Origin: Vicinamibacteria bacterium
GTDB taxonomy: Bacteria > Acidobacteriota > Vicinamibacteria > Marinacidobacterales > Marinacidobacteraceae
Assembly (NCBI GenBank): GCA_965115855.1
Contig: OZ220470.1
Coordinates: 1,854,318 to 1,918,317, forward strand
Direction of reading: 5' to 3'
Length of the DNA stretch: 64,000 nt
Made by a program: the position numbers and the translations under genes. Below the pieces are notes generated by a model. The model saw nothing but the letters and a program-made list of their open reading frames with translations. It was not told where the DNA came from and made no database searches. This document shows positions 17,325 through 26,363 of the stretch, piece by piece (the stretch's first letter is position 1; each line of letters opens with the position of its first letter).

Positions 17325-18155
17325 TCAGTCGTCGAAGACGAACACCGGTTCCGCATAGTGGCGCACCCGGCCGGCCTGAAATCGCTCCGCCACCATGTCG
17401 CCGAGCCGCCGACGCTTTTGTTCCAGCGGCAGGTCGGCGGTCAGGAAAGACAGCGGCAGGTGCAAGCCGAGCACCCGGCAGGGCGCGAGCAGCCGGGTGA
17501 TACCGGACGGAAGCAGTTGGCCCGCTTCCGCAAGCGCGCGCACGTCGTCGAGCGGGAACTCGGGATAGCTCAGAATCCCTCCGAGATCGGGATGCGCCAG
17601 CCGGACCTCCTGGAGGTCCGGCGTGGGCAAGCGGCCGAGCCGGGCGCGGGGATGCGTGTGGCGGGCGGCGATGGCCCGAAGCGAAGCGGCCCGCTCGAAC
17701 AGCGAGGCGCCCCCGGTGAAGGCGTACCGGGTCCCGTCCGCGAGCATCAGTCGGCACAGCGGCGGCGCTCCGGGGGGGGGATCGCCCCGATGGGCACACA
17801 CACCGGGCGGCGGCTTCGCAACCAGCGCGGCGGCGTCCCGGGGACGGATCACATGGCGCCAGGTCCCGAACCCCAATCGCGGATCGTCATGATCCTCCGC
17901 CTGGACCAGGACGTGCGGAACCCCCAGCCGGACGAGTGCTTCCACCCGGTTGGCGCCATCGACCAGCAGCCGGCGTTCACCGGGGAGAGCCACCACGAGA
18001 GGAGGATTGCGGAGAGTGCGGTCGCCGCTCAGCCGTTCGAGGAGCGCCGCCACCCGCATCAGGTCCGTCTCCTCGTGCCGGAGAATATCCTCGATGGGCA
18101 GGACCTCCAGGCGCGGAATCCCCCCCGGAATGGCAGGGTGGGGTGCGTCTTGCAA
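17325..18155 (-). CDS. ParB/Srx-fold protein resembling SbnI/SerK free-serine kinases
   Basis: LEVLPIEDILRHE...LRNPPLVV...LVDGANRVEAL parallels my recollection of SbnI LVPVDKIDLHE...IRHPILV...VIDGVHR. TTG start chosen 8 nt after TAGACT; the start is uncertain. Confidence 0.6.
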   Translation of the reverse strand: MQDAPHPAIPGGIPRLEVLPIEDILRHEETDLMRVAALLERLSGDRTLRNPPLVVALPGERRLLVDGANRVEALVRLGVPHVLVQAEDHDDPRLGFGTWRHVIRPRDAAALVAKPPPGVCAHRGDPPPGAPPLCRLMLADGTRYAFTGGASLFERAASLRAIAARHTHPRARLGRLPTPDLQEVRLAHPDLGGILSYPEFPLDDVRALAEAGQLLPSGITRLLAPCRVLGLHLPLSFLTADLPLEQKRRRLGDMVAERFQAGRVRHYAEPVFVFDD

Positions 18156-18210
18156 GGCGGTGGAGTCTATGCGGAGGCCCTGCTCCCGGACTGGTACGCT
18201 ACGGGCTTTC

Positions 18211-19422
18211 GTGCGTCCCCTGTTTCTCCGGTTCCTCCCGTTCGCGCTGCTGGCGCTTTCGGGCTGCGGTCCGGGCGGGGAAGACGTCGTCCGCATCGGG
18301 GCGGCGCTCCCGCTCAGCGGCCGCCACGCAAACGCCGGAGCGTTCCTCCGCAACGGCTATCGGATGGCGGTGGACGAAGCGAACGAGGCTGGCGGAGTCG
18401 AGGTGCATGGCGAGCGGCGCCCGGTGGAACTCGTCATCTACGACGACAAGAGCGACGCCTCGATCTCGCCCAGCCTGCTGGAGCGGCTCATCGCGGTGGA
18501 CGGAGTGGCCGCGCTGCTGTCGAGCTACAGCACCCCGCTGGTCCAGTCGCAGGTCATCGTGCCGATGCGCCGCGGCGTTCCCTTCATGAACGCCGGGGGC
18601 GCCTCCCGTTCCATCTTTCGCGAAGGCAACGAGTGGGTGTTCGGCGCGCTCAGCCCGGTGGAGTCGCTCGCCGCGACCACGCTGGAATGGCTGGGATGGG
18701 AACAGGACCGGGGACGGCTCCCGGCGCCGCTGCGGATCGCGCTGATCTGGCAGAACACCGACCACGGACGGGAATACCGGGACGGAGTCCACGCCCATGT
18801 GGAAGCGCATCCCGACCGTTTCGAAGTGACGCTGGACGAGTCGTTCGAACACCTGTCCAGCGACCACACCTCGCTGATCGTCAAGGTCCGCTCGGTGGAT
18901 GCCGACGTCTTTCTCTCCGACGCGCACGAACCCGACTTCCTGCTGCAGCATCGGGCCTATGTGGAACAGGGGCTCGGCCACATCGCGGTGAGCTACGGGG
19001 CGCGGGGCCCCGAACGGTCGGTTCGGGACGGGCTCGGCGCCGCGGTGAGCCACCTGATCTCGGCCCAGTGGTGGACGAGACAGCTTCCCTATCCGCGCTC
19101 CCGGGCCTTCGTCGAGAAGTACGAGGCGCAGTTCGGAGGACCCCTCACCGAGTACTACCCGGCGGTGGCCTACGAAGCGGCGCGGGTCCTGGTCGAGGCG
19201 ATCGGCCGGGCCGGCTCCACCGAGCCGGCAGCCATTCGCGACGCTCTGCGCACGATCGATCTGGATGACTCCCTGCTTCCCGGAGGCCGCATCCATTTCC
19301 CTGCCGATTCCCGATACCAGATCCGCAACCGCTGCGTGATCGTGCAGAACCTTCCCGAGGGGGGAGTACAGATCGTGTACCCGCCCGACGCCGCGGAAGG
19401 ATCTGCCCACCTGACCAACTGA
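18211..19422 (+). CDS. Branched-chain amino acid-type ABC substrate-binding lipoprotein
   Basis: Lipobox LSGC; RIGAALPLSG; ELVIYDDKSD; start GTG 18211 inferred. Confidence 0.9.
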   Translation: MRPLFLRFLPFALLALSGCGPGGEDVVRIGAALPLSGRHANAGAFLRNGYRMAVDEANEAGGVEVHGERRPVELVIYDDKSDASISPSLLERLIAVDGVAALLSSYSTPLVQSQVIVPMRRGVPFMNAGGASRSIFREGNEWVFGALSPVESLAATTLEWLGWEQDRGRLPAPLRIALIWQNTDHGREYRDGVHAHVEAHPDRFEVTLDESFEHLSSDHTSLIVKVRSVDADVFLSDAHEPDFLLQHRAYVEQGLGHIAVSYGARGPERSVRDGLGAAVSHLISAQWWTRQLPYPRSRAFVEKYEAQFGGPLTEYYPAVAYEAARVLVEAIGRAGSTEPAAIRDALRTIDLDDSLLPGGRIHFPADSRYQIRNRCVIVQNLPEGGVQIVYPPDAAEGSAHLTN

Positions 19423-19494
19423 AACCGCTCGATACCGGTCCGGGGACGAAGTCCCTCAGGGCGGCGGCGGGCGCCGTGGGTGACCGGAACCGGC

Positions 19495-20349
19495 ATGGCT
19501 GACCTGATCTCGATCCTCGCATCGGGAATCCTCGTCGGCGCGGTGTATGCCTACATGGCCTACGGGCTGGGATTGATCTACGGAGTCCTCCGGGTCATCA
19601 ACCTCGCGCACGGCGCTTTCCTGACCCTCGGCGTCTATGTGACCTGGTGGCTCCATGCGACCCTCGGGCTGGATCCGCTGGCGTCCCTGTTCGTGACCGT
19701 TCCGCTGGGTTTTCTGCTGGGCGCCGGGCTCGAACGCAGCCTGGTGTTCCGGCTTCGCGACAGCCCGCCGGTGGCCACCCTGCTCCTGCTCTTCGGGGTC
19801 TGGCTGGTGGTGCGCAACGCGCTCTACCTGGTATTTGGCGGCGTGGACCGCTCGCTGCTGACCTCCTGGTCCATGGAGGCGATCCGCTTCGGAACGATGA
19901 CCCTCAGCCTCCCGCGGCTGGTGGTCTCCGGGTTCTCGCTGCTCGGGTTCCTGGTCCTGGCGCTGCTCATGAAACACACCTGGGCGGGCCTCGCACTCCG
20001 GGCAGTGGCGCAAGACCGGGAAGCGGCGGCACTTTCCGGCATCCCGGTGGACCGGGTGTGGGCGATCGCATTCGGAATCGGGTCGGCGCTCGCCATGTCC
20101 GCCGGCAGCCTGATGTCCCTGTTCTATTCGGTCACCCCGGAGTTCGGCGCCCGCTTTCTGCTGAAGAGCTTCTGCGTGGTGGTGCTGGGAGGACTCACCA
20201 ACATCGGCGGCATCCTGATCGCCGGGATCGGGCTCGGAATCGCCGAGGACCTCACGGCGTTCTACCTGCATGCCGGATACCGGGACGTCGTCAGTTTCCT
20301 GGTGCTGACAGTGGCGCTGGTCATGCGGCGGACGGACTCCGATGTCTGA
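19495..20349 (+). CDS. Liv-type ABC permease (LivH-like)
   Basis: GLGLIYGVLRVINLAHG, GLALRAVAQD, VVLGG. Confidence 0.92.
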   Translation: MADLISILASGILVGAVYAYMAYGLGLIYGVLRVINLAHGAFLTLGVYVTWWLHATLGLDPLASLFVTVPLGFLLGAGLERSLVFRLRDSPPVATLLLLFGVWLVVRNALYLVFGGVDRSLLTSWSMEAIRFGTMTLSLPRLVVSGFSLLGFLVLALLMKHTWAGLALRAVAQDREAAALSGIPVDRVWAIAFGIGSALAMSAGSLMSLFYSVTPEFGARFLLKSFCVVVLGGLTNIGGILIAGIGLGIAEDLTAFYLHAGYRDVVSFLVLTVALVMRRTDSDV

Positions 20350-21307
20350 GATCGCAGCGCAGCGGGCGGAGACCCGGCGCCGGATCCGGATCCGGTGGCT
20401 CCTCGTGGCTGCGGCAATCCTGCTCGCGCTCGCCCCGTTCCTCATGGCCAACCCCTACGCCATGCGGCTCGCGCACCTCGCGTTCCTGAATGTGCTCCTC
20501 GCCAGCGCCTGGAACATGATCGGCGGATTCGCCGGCCAGACTTCCTTCGGGAACGCCTCGCTGTTCGGGGTCGGCGCCTACGCGAGCGCCATGCTCTGGG
20601 TCGGCGGAATCCATCCGCTGGCGACCCTCCCGGTGGCCGGCGGGCTGGCCGCGCTCTTCGGCGTGCTGTGGGGCTGGCCGTGCCTGCGCCTCAGGGGCCC
20701 CTACTTCGCGATCGCCACCATCGGCGTGTCGGAGGCGACCCGGGTACTCGTGAACAATGTGGATGCCGCCGGCGGCGCCTCCGGCCTCACCCTGCCGATC
20801 GACGAGGCATTCGGCCCGCTGGCACTCCATGCGCTGGGAGCGGTCCTCGCCCTTTCCGCGGTGCTGGCCAGCCATGTGATGCTGTATTCGCGTCTGGGGC
20901 TCGGGCTCCGCGCCCTCCGGGAAGATGCGCGGGCCGCGGCGGCGACCGGCGTCCCGGTGGCGCGCCAGCAGGTGGCGGCGTTCGCGATCGCCGCCGCCTT
21001 CACCGGACTCGGGGGTGCGTACTACGGGTTCATCACGCTGTACATCGTCCCGGAGAAGGTCTTCGGCTTCGACCTCTCGATCAGCCTGGTCCTCATGGTT
21101 CTGGTGGGAGGCCTCGGCACGGTGGCCGGGCCGGTGCTGGGCGCGCTGATCTTCCTGGTGCTGGAGCAGTTCGTGCTGGCCAGCTTTGCGGACATCCACC
21201 TGGCTGCACTCGGAGTGCTCCTGATCATGATCATCCTCTTCGAACCCCGCGGGCTGTACCCGCGACTGGAGCGGGGCATCGCGCACCTGCGGCGGAGAGG
21301 CGCATGA
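20342..21307 (+). CDS. Liv-type ABC permease (LivM-like)
   Basis: WNMIGGFAGQTSFG, LRLRGPYFAIATI, MVLVGGLGTVAGP. Confidence 0.92.
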   Translation: MSEIAAQRAETRRRIRIRWLLVAAAILLALAPFLMANPYAMRLAHLAFLNVLLASAWNMIGGFAGQTSFGNASLFGVGAYASAMLWVGGIHPLATLPVAGGLAALFGVLWGWPCLRLRGPYFAIATIGVSEATRVLVNNVDAAGGASGLTLPIDEAFGPLALHALGAVLALSAVLASHVMLYSRLGLGLRALREDARAAAATGVPVARQQVAAFAIAAAFTGLGGAYYGFITLYIVPEKVFGFDLSISLVLMVLVGGLGTVAGPVLGALIFLVLEQFVLASFADIHLAALGVLLIMIILFEPRGLYPRLERGIAHLRRRGA

Positions 21308-22074
21308 GCGACGGGGTCCCCCTGCTCGAGACACGGGCCCTGTCGCGCCGGTTCGGCGGACTGACCGCGCTCCGGAAGGTGGATCTGACCCTCGCCGAAG
21401 GCGAGATCCTCGGACTGATCGGTCCGAACGGCGCCGGGAAGACCACCCTGTTCCACCTGTTGAGCGGGATGCTTCACCCCACCGCCGGCTCCATCAGGCT
21501 GCGCAACCGACGGATCGACGGCTTCCTGCCCCACCGGGTCCGCCGCCTGGGAGTGGCCCGCACCTTCCAGGTCCCCCGTCCGTTCCTCAACATGACGGTC
21601 TTCGAGAACGTTCTGGTCGGCGCCCACTATGGCGGCAACCGGTTCGCGAGGGGCGATTTCCGATCTCCCGCGGCGGAAGCGGAGGCCGCGCTCGAACGAA
21701 CCGGGCTTGCGGACCGGCGGGATGTTCCGGCAACCGAACTGAATCTGTCGGCGCGGCGGCGACTCGAGCTCGCCAGAGCCATCGCGGCGCGCCCCTCGGT
21801 ACTGCTGGTGGACGAAGTCGCCGCCGGGCTGAATCCGGTGGAGGCCCGGGAGACGGTGGCGCTGCTCCGGGAGATTCACGCTACCGGCATCGCCATGATC
21901 TATGTGGAACACATGATCGAGGCGGTTCTGGAACTCTCCGACCGGATCCAGGTGCTCGAGCACGGCGAAACCATCGCCGTGGGCCCGCCGAGGGAGGTGA
22001 CGGACAATCCGCGGGTGATCGCCGCGTATCTCGGGCGCGCTCCCGATCGGGCCGGCGGGACCGCCTCCCCATGA
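21304..22074 (+). CDS. Liv-type ABC ATPase (LivG-like)
   Basis: FGGLTAL, GPNGAGKTT, ARTFQ, LVDEVAAGLN, AAYLG. Confidence 0.93.
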   Translation: MSDGVPLLETRALSRRFGGLTALRKVDLTLAEGEILGLIGPNGAGKTTLFHLLSGMLHPTAGSIRLRNRRIDGFLPHRVRRLGVARTFQVPRPFLNMTVFENVLVGAHYGGNRFARGDFRSPAAEAEAALERTGLADRRDVPATELNLSARRRLELARAIAARPSVLLVDEVAAGLNPVEARETVALLREIHATGIAMIYVEHMIEAVLELSDRIQVLEHGETIAVGPPREVTDNPRVIAAYLGRAPDRAGGTASP

Positions 22075-22808
22075 GCCTCCTCGAAGTCCGGGACCTTCAC
22101 GTGGACCGGGGAGGCGTTCGGGCGCTCCGCGGGATCTCGTTGCGGGTCGAGCCGGATGAGGTCGTCGCGCTGCTCGGCGCCAACGGCGCCGGCAAGACCA
22201 CGACCCTGCGCGCCGTCAGCGGTCTCTCGACAGCGCGCTCGGGCTCGGTGCACTTCCGCGATGCGCCCCTGACCGGAAAGTCGGCAGTGGCCATCGTCGC
22301 CGCGCGGATCGCCCACGTTCCGGAGGGAAGCCGCATCTGGCCCCGGATGACGGTCCGGGAGAACCTGCGGCTCGGCGCGTGGTCGCTCGAGGAGCGCCGC
22401 CATCCGGACCGGATTCAGGAACGTCTCGACCGGGTGTTCCGCCTGCTGCCGCGCCTGAAGGAGCGAACCGGACAGCTCGCCGGCACCCTCTCCGGAGGCG
22501 AGCGTCAGATGGCCGCCATCGGACGCGCCCTGATGGCGGCGCCGAGGCTGCTGCTCATGGACGAACCCTCGCTGGGACTGGCGCCGCAGGTCGTGGATAC
22601 CGTGTTCGAGACGATCGCCGCCATCCGCCAGGAGGGAGTCGCGGTCCTGCTGGTGGAGCAGAACCTGATTCGGGCGCTGGAAGTCGCGAGCCGGGGCTAT
22701 GTGCTCGAGAACGGCCGGATCACGCGGGAGGGTGCGGCGCACGAACTCCTCGACGACGCGGAAGTCCAGCAGGCGTACCTCGGCAAGTGGGCCGCCCGGC
22801 CGCGCTGA
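22071..22808 (+). CDS. Liv-type ABC ATPase (LivF-like)
   Basis: GANGAGKTT, AGTLSGGERQM, MDEPSLGLAP, LLVEQN. Confidence 0.94.
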   Translation: MSLLEVRDLHVDRGGVRALRGISLRVEPDEVVALLGANGAGKTTTLRAVSGLSTARSGSVHFRDAPLTGKSAVAIVAARIAHVPEGSRIWPRMTVRENLRLGAWSLEERRHPDRIQERLDRVFRLLPRLKERTGQLAGTLSGGERQMAAIGRALMAAPRLLLMDEPSLGLAPQVVDTVFETIAAIRQEGVAVLLVEQNLIRALEVASRGYVLENGRITREGAAHELLDDAEVQQAYLGKWAARPR

Positions 22809-22835
22809 TCCGCCGCGCCCGGAAGGACCGTCCGC

Positions 22836-24233
22836 CTATTCCGACAACCAGCCGGTGAGAGCGACGAATTCGCCGCCCTCGACCCGCTTCAGGGTGACTG
22901 CGTCCATGCCGCGGTGGTTTTCCTCACTGAAGGAAATCGGATGCCCGATGAAGCCGTTCCACTCGTCCAGGGTCTCGAGGGCGCGCAGCAGGCCGATCCG
23001 CGTCAGGTCGGGGCCGGCGCGCTCCATCCCCTCATGCGCGAGCTGCGCCCAGGCGAGGCCGAGGAGCGCGTAGTCGCCGAAAACAAGTTCGGGGGCATAT
23101 TGCGCGATGATCTCCCGGGCGGTCCGAAGCGATTCGCCGGACGCCTGCAGATCGGGGGTGGCAGAAGCGACGACCGCACCCTCGAGCGCGCCTTCGGCGA
23201 GGGCCACCGCATTCGGGTCGGCCATGGCGAGGCCGCCGAGCACCAGCGGATCCCAGTCGTCATCGGCGGCGATCGCGCGAACCACCATCGCGCTGAATTC
23301 GGCGATCCCCCAGACGACAACCGCGTCGGCCCGCTGATCCTTGAAGAACATCAGCGCATCCTCGAGGCCGCTTCCATCAATCGCGACCCGCTGCGACCCC
23401 ACGTTTTCGGGCGCGTTCTCCGGCCGACCCCAGGAGCCGCCCTCGGACCTCTGTACCTGCCACAGGACTCCCGGTCCCGACGCCGGTTCCTCCAGCCAGC
23501 CCTCACTGGCCGGATCGCTGGTGCGGGGGCGCCGCGGCCGTCCGTTGACGCGCGCATAGCGAACCTCCATGCCCTCGGGCAGCGTATTCCGGAGGTCCTG
23601 ATAGAACGCCCGGACACCGAGGCGATACCCCTCCTGCCCGACCGACCCGAACTGGGTGGCCTCGACGATGGAACCGATCCGGCGGGCGCCCAGGTCGGCA
23701 AGTGCATGCCTGGCGACGACCCGGCCCGCGGTCACCGACGACGGAAACATCGAGAAGGTGTAAGCGTTGATCGGTTCGGTCCAGACCGGGGAACTCGATC
23801 CCGGATTGACCCACGGGGTCAACCGGTTCCATACATCATCCTTGACCGCAAGCGCGCTGTCCGAACCCATGCCTCCGATCAGGGCGAACGCCTGGTCCAC
23901 GCGCAGCAACTCGGTCACCAGGGCGGGCGTCTGTTCGGGATCAGCCTGATCGTCCTTCACGATCAGCCGGATGTTCCGCCCGTGTACGCCACCCTGATCG
24001 TTCACCCAGTCGAAATAAGCGGACATGGCAACCGCCACGTCGCCGAGCGCGGTGTGCGGCCCGGACATCGGAGCAAACGTTCCGAGAATTACCTCGTCGC
24101 TCGAAACACCGACGTCCGGCCCCCCGCAGGAAACAACGACAAGAACGGCGGCGAGGGCTGCAGCGATCGGGCCGCGGCGCGCCGGACGGTTCGGACGCAC
24201 ATCGGCAGAATGCAAAACCTGGGTGGAAATCAA
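22836..24233 (-). CDS. Periplasmic-binding-protein type 1 (Liv-like) lipoprotein with internal insertion
   Basis: VVSCGG lipobox, APMSGP, NDQGGVHGR.I.L...DD, C-terminal FSEENHRG; exact start uncertain. Confidence 0.82.
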   Translation of the reverse strand: MISTQVLHSADVRPNRPARRGPIAAALAAVLVVVSCGGPDVGVSSDEVILGTFAPMSGPHTALGDVAVAMSAYFDWVNDQGGVHGRNIRLIVKDDQADPEQTPALVTELLRVDQAFALIGGMGSDSALAVKDDVWNRLTPWVNPGSSSPVWTEPINAYTFSMFPSSVTAGRVVARHALADLGARRIGSIVEATQFGSVGQEGYRLGVRAFYQDLRNTLPEGMEVRYARVNGRPRRPRTSDPASEGWLEEPASGPGVLWQVQRSEGGSWGRPENAPENVGSQRVAIDGSGLEDALMFFKDQRADAVVVWGIAEFSAMVVRAIAADDDWDPLVLGGLAMADPNAVALAEGALEGAVVASATPDLQASGESLRTAREIIAQYAPELVFGDYALLGLAWAQLAHEGMERAGPDLTRIGLLRALETLDEWNGFIGHPISFSEENHRGMDAVTLKRVEGGEFVALTGWLSE

Positions 24234-24363
24234 ATTGAGCCTCCGAGCTTGAGCCTCCGGGATGGGCCAAGCGGAGGGCAGAATCTACCACAGACCCCAA
24301 GCGCCAACCCGAGCCGCATGCAAGCGTTCCCCCACCGCCTCCAAGCGGCGGGGGCCGTCGCGC

Positions 24364-24672
24364 CTATTCGCCGGAAGCTTCGGCGGCCGCCCTGGCGGCC
24401 TCGTTCCGGCGCCGGGTCTCCCACGCCCGCTTCATCGCTTCGCTCCGATTCGGATTCGCGGTCGAGGCCCTCCTCGTGGCCTTCTTCTTCCGGCGAGTGG
24501 TCTTCTTCTTCCTCGTTGCCGGCGCCGCCACATCGACAACCTCGCCGTCAGCGCCGACAAACGAGACCTCGATCACCAGACGACCAAGACTCCGAGCCTC
24601 GGGCGGAACTGCCACACGGGCCACGGCCCTCTTCCGAGCGGCCTTCTTTCTCGTCTTTTTCTTCACGTACAT
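24364..24672 (-). CDS. Small Lys/Arg-rich histone-H1-like protein
   Basis: SD-like AAAGGAAG just before ATG; two KKK/RKK tracts; NPNRSEAMKRAWETRRR helix. Confidence 0.6.
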   Translation of the reverse strand: MYVKKKTRKKAARKRAVARVAVPPEARSLGRLVIEVSFVGADGEVVDVAAPATRKKKTTRRKKKATRRASTANPNRSEAMKRAWETRRRNEAARAAAEASGE

Positions 24673-24846
24673 ATCTTCCTTTGGTAATGAGCAGAATCAC
24701 TCCTGCTGATGAAATTCATACGGGCGAGCAGCCCGCTGCATTCAGACCAGCGACAACAGATACGACTGTAACACCAGGGCAACGATCAGTCAATCCATCA
24801 TCCAGCACGCGCCCATGCCGCACCCTGCTATCGTGCCGGTCCTGAT

Positions 24847-25725
24847 TTGCCTTCCCCGAAGCCGGAAACCCCGGATGCATCATACGGCCGGGATCGACTC
24901 GGCATCCTTGCCGGATACCTGAAACTCGAACACACGCTCTTCTCGGTTCCCGTGATCTATGCCGGCGCACTCCTTGCGGAACCGCCGCTGACGCTTCGTA
25001 CCGGACTTCTCATCCTGGCTGCCGCCACCGGAGCGCGCGCCACCGCACTCGGACTGAACCGCATCCTGGACCGCCACCTCGATGCGGGCAACCCGCGCAC
25101 CGCCTCCCGGGCGCTGCCGTCCGGCGCCATGTCCATGAGGGAGGCCGGCTGGCTCCTGGCAGCTTCCCTCCTGTTGTACGGGCTCGCCGCCTGGGCGATT
25201 TCGCCGAGGTGCCTGCTGCTCGCGCCGGTCCCCCTGATCGTGTTCGCCGTGTATCCGCTGCTCAAGCGGTTCACCAGGTGGGCGCACTTCGGGGTCGGGA
25301 TCGGCCTGGCGCTGGGACCGGTGGGCGGCTTCTACGCCGTCACCCTGGGATGGAGCCATGCCCTTCCCGTTCTGCTGCTCGCCGTCTTCACGATGTTCTG
25401 GTCTTCCGGGTTCGACATTCTCTACGCGACCCTTGATGAAGCGTCCGACCGAAGGCAGGGAGTCCATTCCCTGCCCGCCAGCATCGGCTCGCCAGCGGCG
25501 CTGCGCATTGCGGCGGCGTTCCACCTGGTCGCCTTCCTGTTCCTCCTCCTTCTCCACTTCCACGCCCTTGACGGGCTGGCCCCCCTTGTCCTGTTCCTGC
25601 TGGCCGGCGTCCTGTTCGTCATGCAACACCATTTTCGCGATCACGTCGAATTCGCCTTCTTCCATGTGAATTCCGTTCTCGGATTCCTGGTGTTCCTCGG
25701 CGTCGCGTTCTCCACCGTCCGGTAA
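24847..25725 (+). CDS. mqnP: UbiA-family prenyltransferase (futalosine pathway)
   Basis: KLEHTLFS, NRILDRHLDAGNPRT..R.LP.G, GFDILYATLD...D; context with mqn genes. Confidence 0.85.
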   Translation: MPSPKPETPDASYGRDRLGILAGYLKLEHTLFSVPVIYAGALLAEPPLTLRTGLLILAAATGARATALGLNRILDRHLDAGNPRTASRALPSGAMSMREAGWLLAASLLLYGLAAWAISPRCLLLAPVPLIVFAVYPLLKRFTRWAHFGVGIGLALGPVGGFYAVTLGWSHALPVLLLAVFTMFWSSGFDILYATLDEASDRRQGVHSLPASIGSPAALRIAAAFHLVAFLFLLLLHFHALDGLAPLVLFLLAGVLFVMQHHFRDHVEFAFFHVNSVLGFLVFLGVAFSTVR

Positions 25726-25730
25726 CCACC

Positions 25731-26291
25731 ATGCGCATCGTGGTGGGAATTTCCGGTTCCTCGGGGGCGGTGTACGGACTTCGCTTTCTGGAGCGTTGTC
25801 CCGGAGAACGGCACCTGGTCGTCTCCCGCTGGGGCGAGGAAGTGCTCCGGCTCGAATGCGGCGTCGGAGCCGGAGAACTGGAACAGCGCGCAACCCGCGT
25901 CTACCGGGATACCGATCTCGCCGCCCCATGGTCTTCCGGTTCGAACCGCTACCACGCGCTGGTGCTGATTCCGTGCAGCCTTTCCACCCTCGGGAAGGTC
26001 GCGGCGGGGATCGCGGACACCCTGATCACCCGCGCGGCGCAAGTGGCGCTGAAGGAACGGATGAAGCTGGTTCTCTGCGTCCGGGAGACCCCGTGGTCCA
26101 CGATCACACTGCGGAACGCGCTCACCGTTTCCGAAGCCGGCGGGATCGTCATGCCGGTGGCGCCACCGTGGTATCGCCAACCGGAGTCCATGGAACAGGT
26201 CGTGGACGGGTTCGTGGACAAGGTGCTCGGCGTGATCGGGCTTCCCGCCGGCCCCGGCTGGCGGGAAGAGGAAACCAGGTCCCGGAAGTAG
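25731..26291 (+). CDS. ubiX: Flavin prenyltransferase
   Basis: GISGSSGA.YG, SSGS, PCS.STL, LITRAA.V.LKER.KL, RETP. Confidence 0.95.
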   Translation: MRIVVGISGSSGAVYGLRFLERCPGERHLVVSRWGEEVLRLECGVGAGELEQRATRVYRDTDLAAPWSSGSNRYHALVLIPCSLSTLGKVAAGIADTLITRAAQVALKERMKLVLCVRETPWSTITLRNALTVSEAGGIVMPVAPPWYRQPESMEQVVDGFVDKVLGVIGLPAGPGWREEETRSRK

Positions 26292-26363
26292 CCGCCCCGG
26301 AATTCGCCCGTTCCCACTGCTAGCATCCCCACCACGCATCTTTCCGTTTCCGGGGGTCTTGTC

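Noticed and set aside
12080-19268. Very long ORFs 12080-14503, 13453-16191 and 16290-19268
   Set aside because: Antisense or off-frame to ruvB, MutS-like, ruvA/C, yebC and the ABC binding protein; typical stop-poor frames in high-GC DNA.
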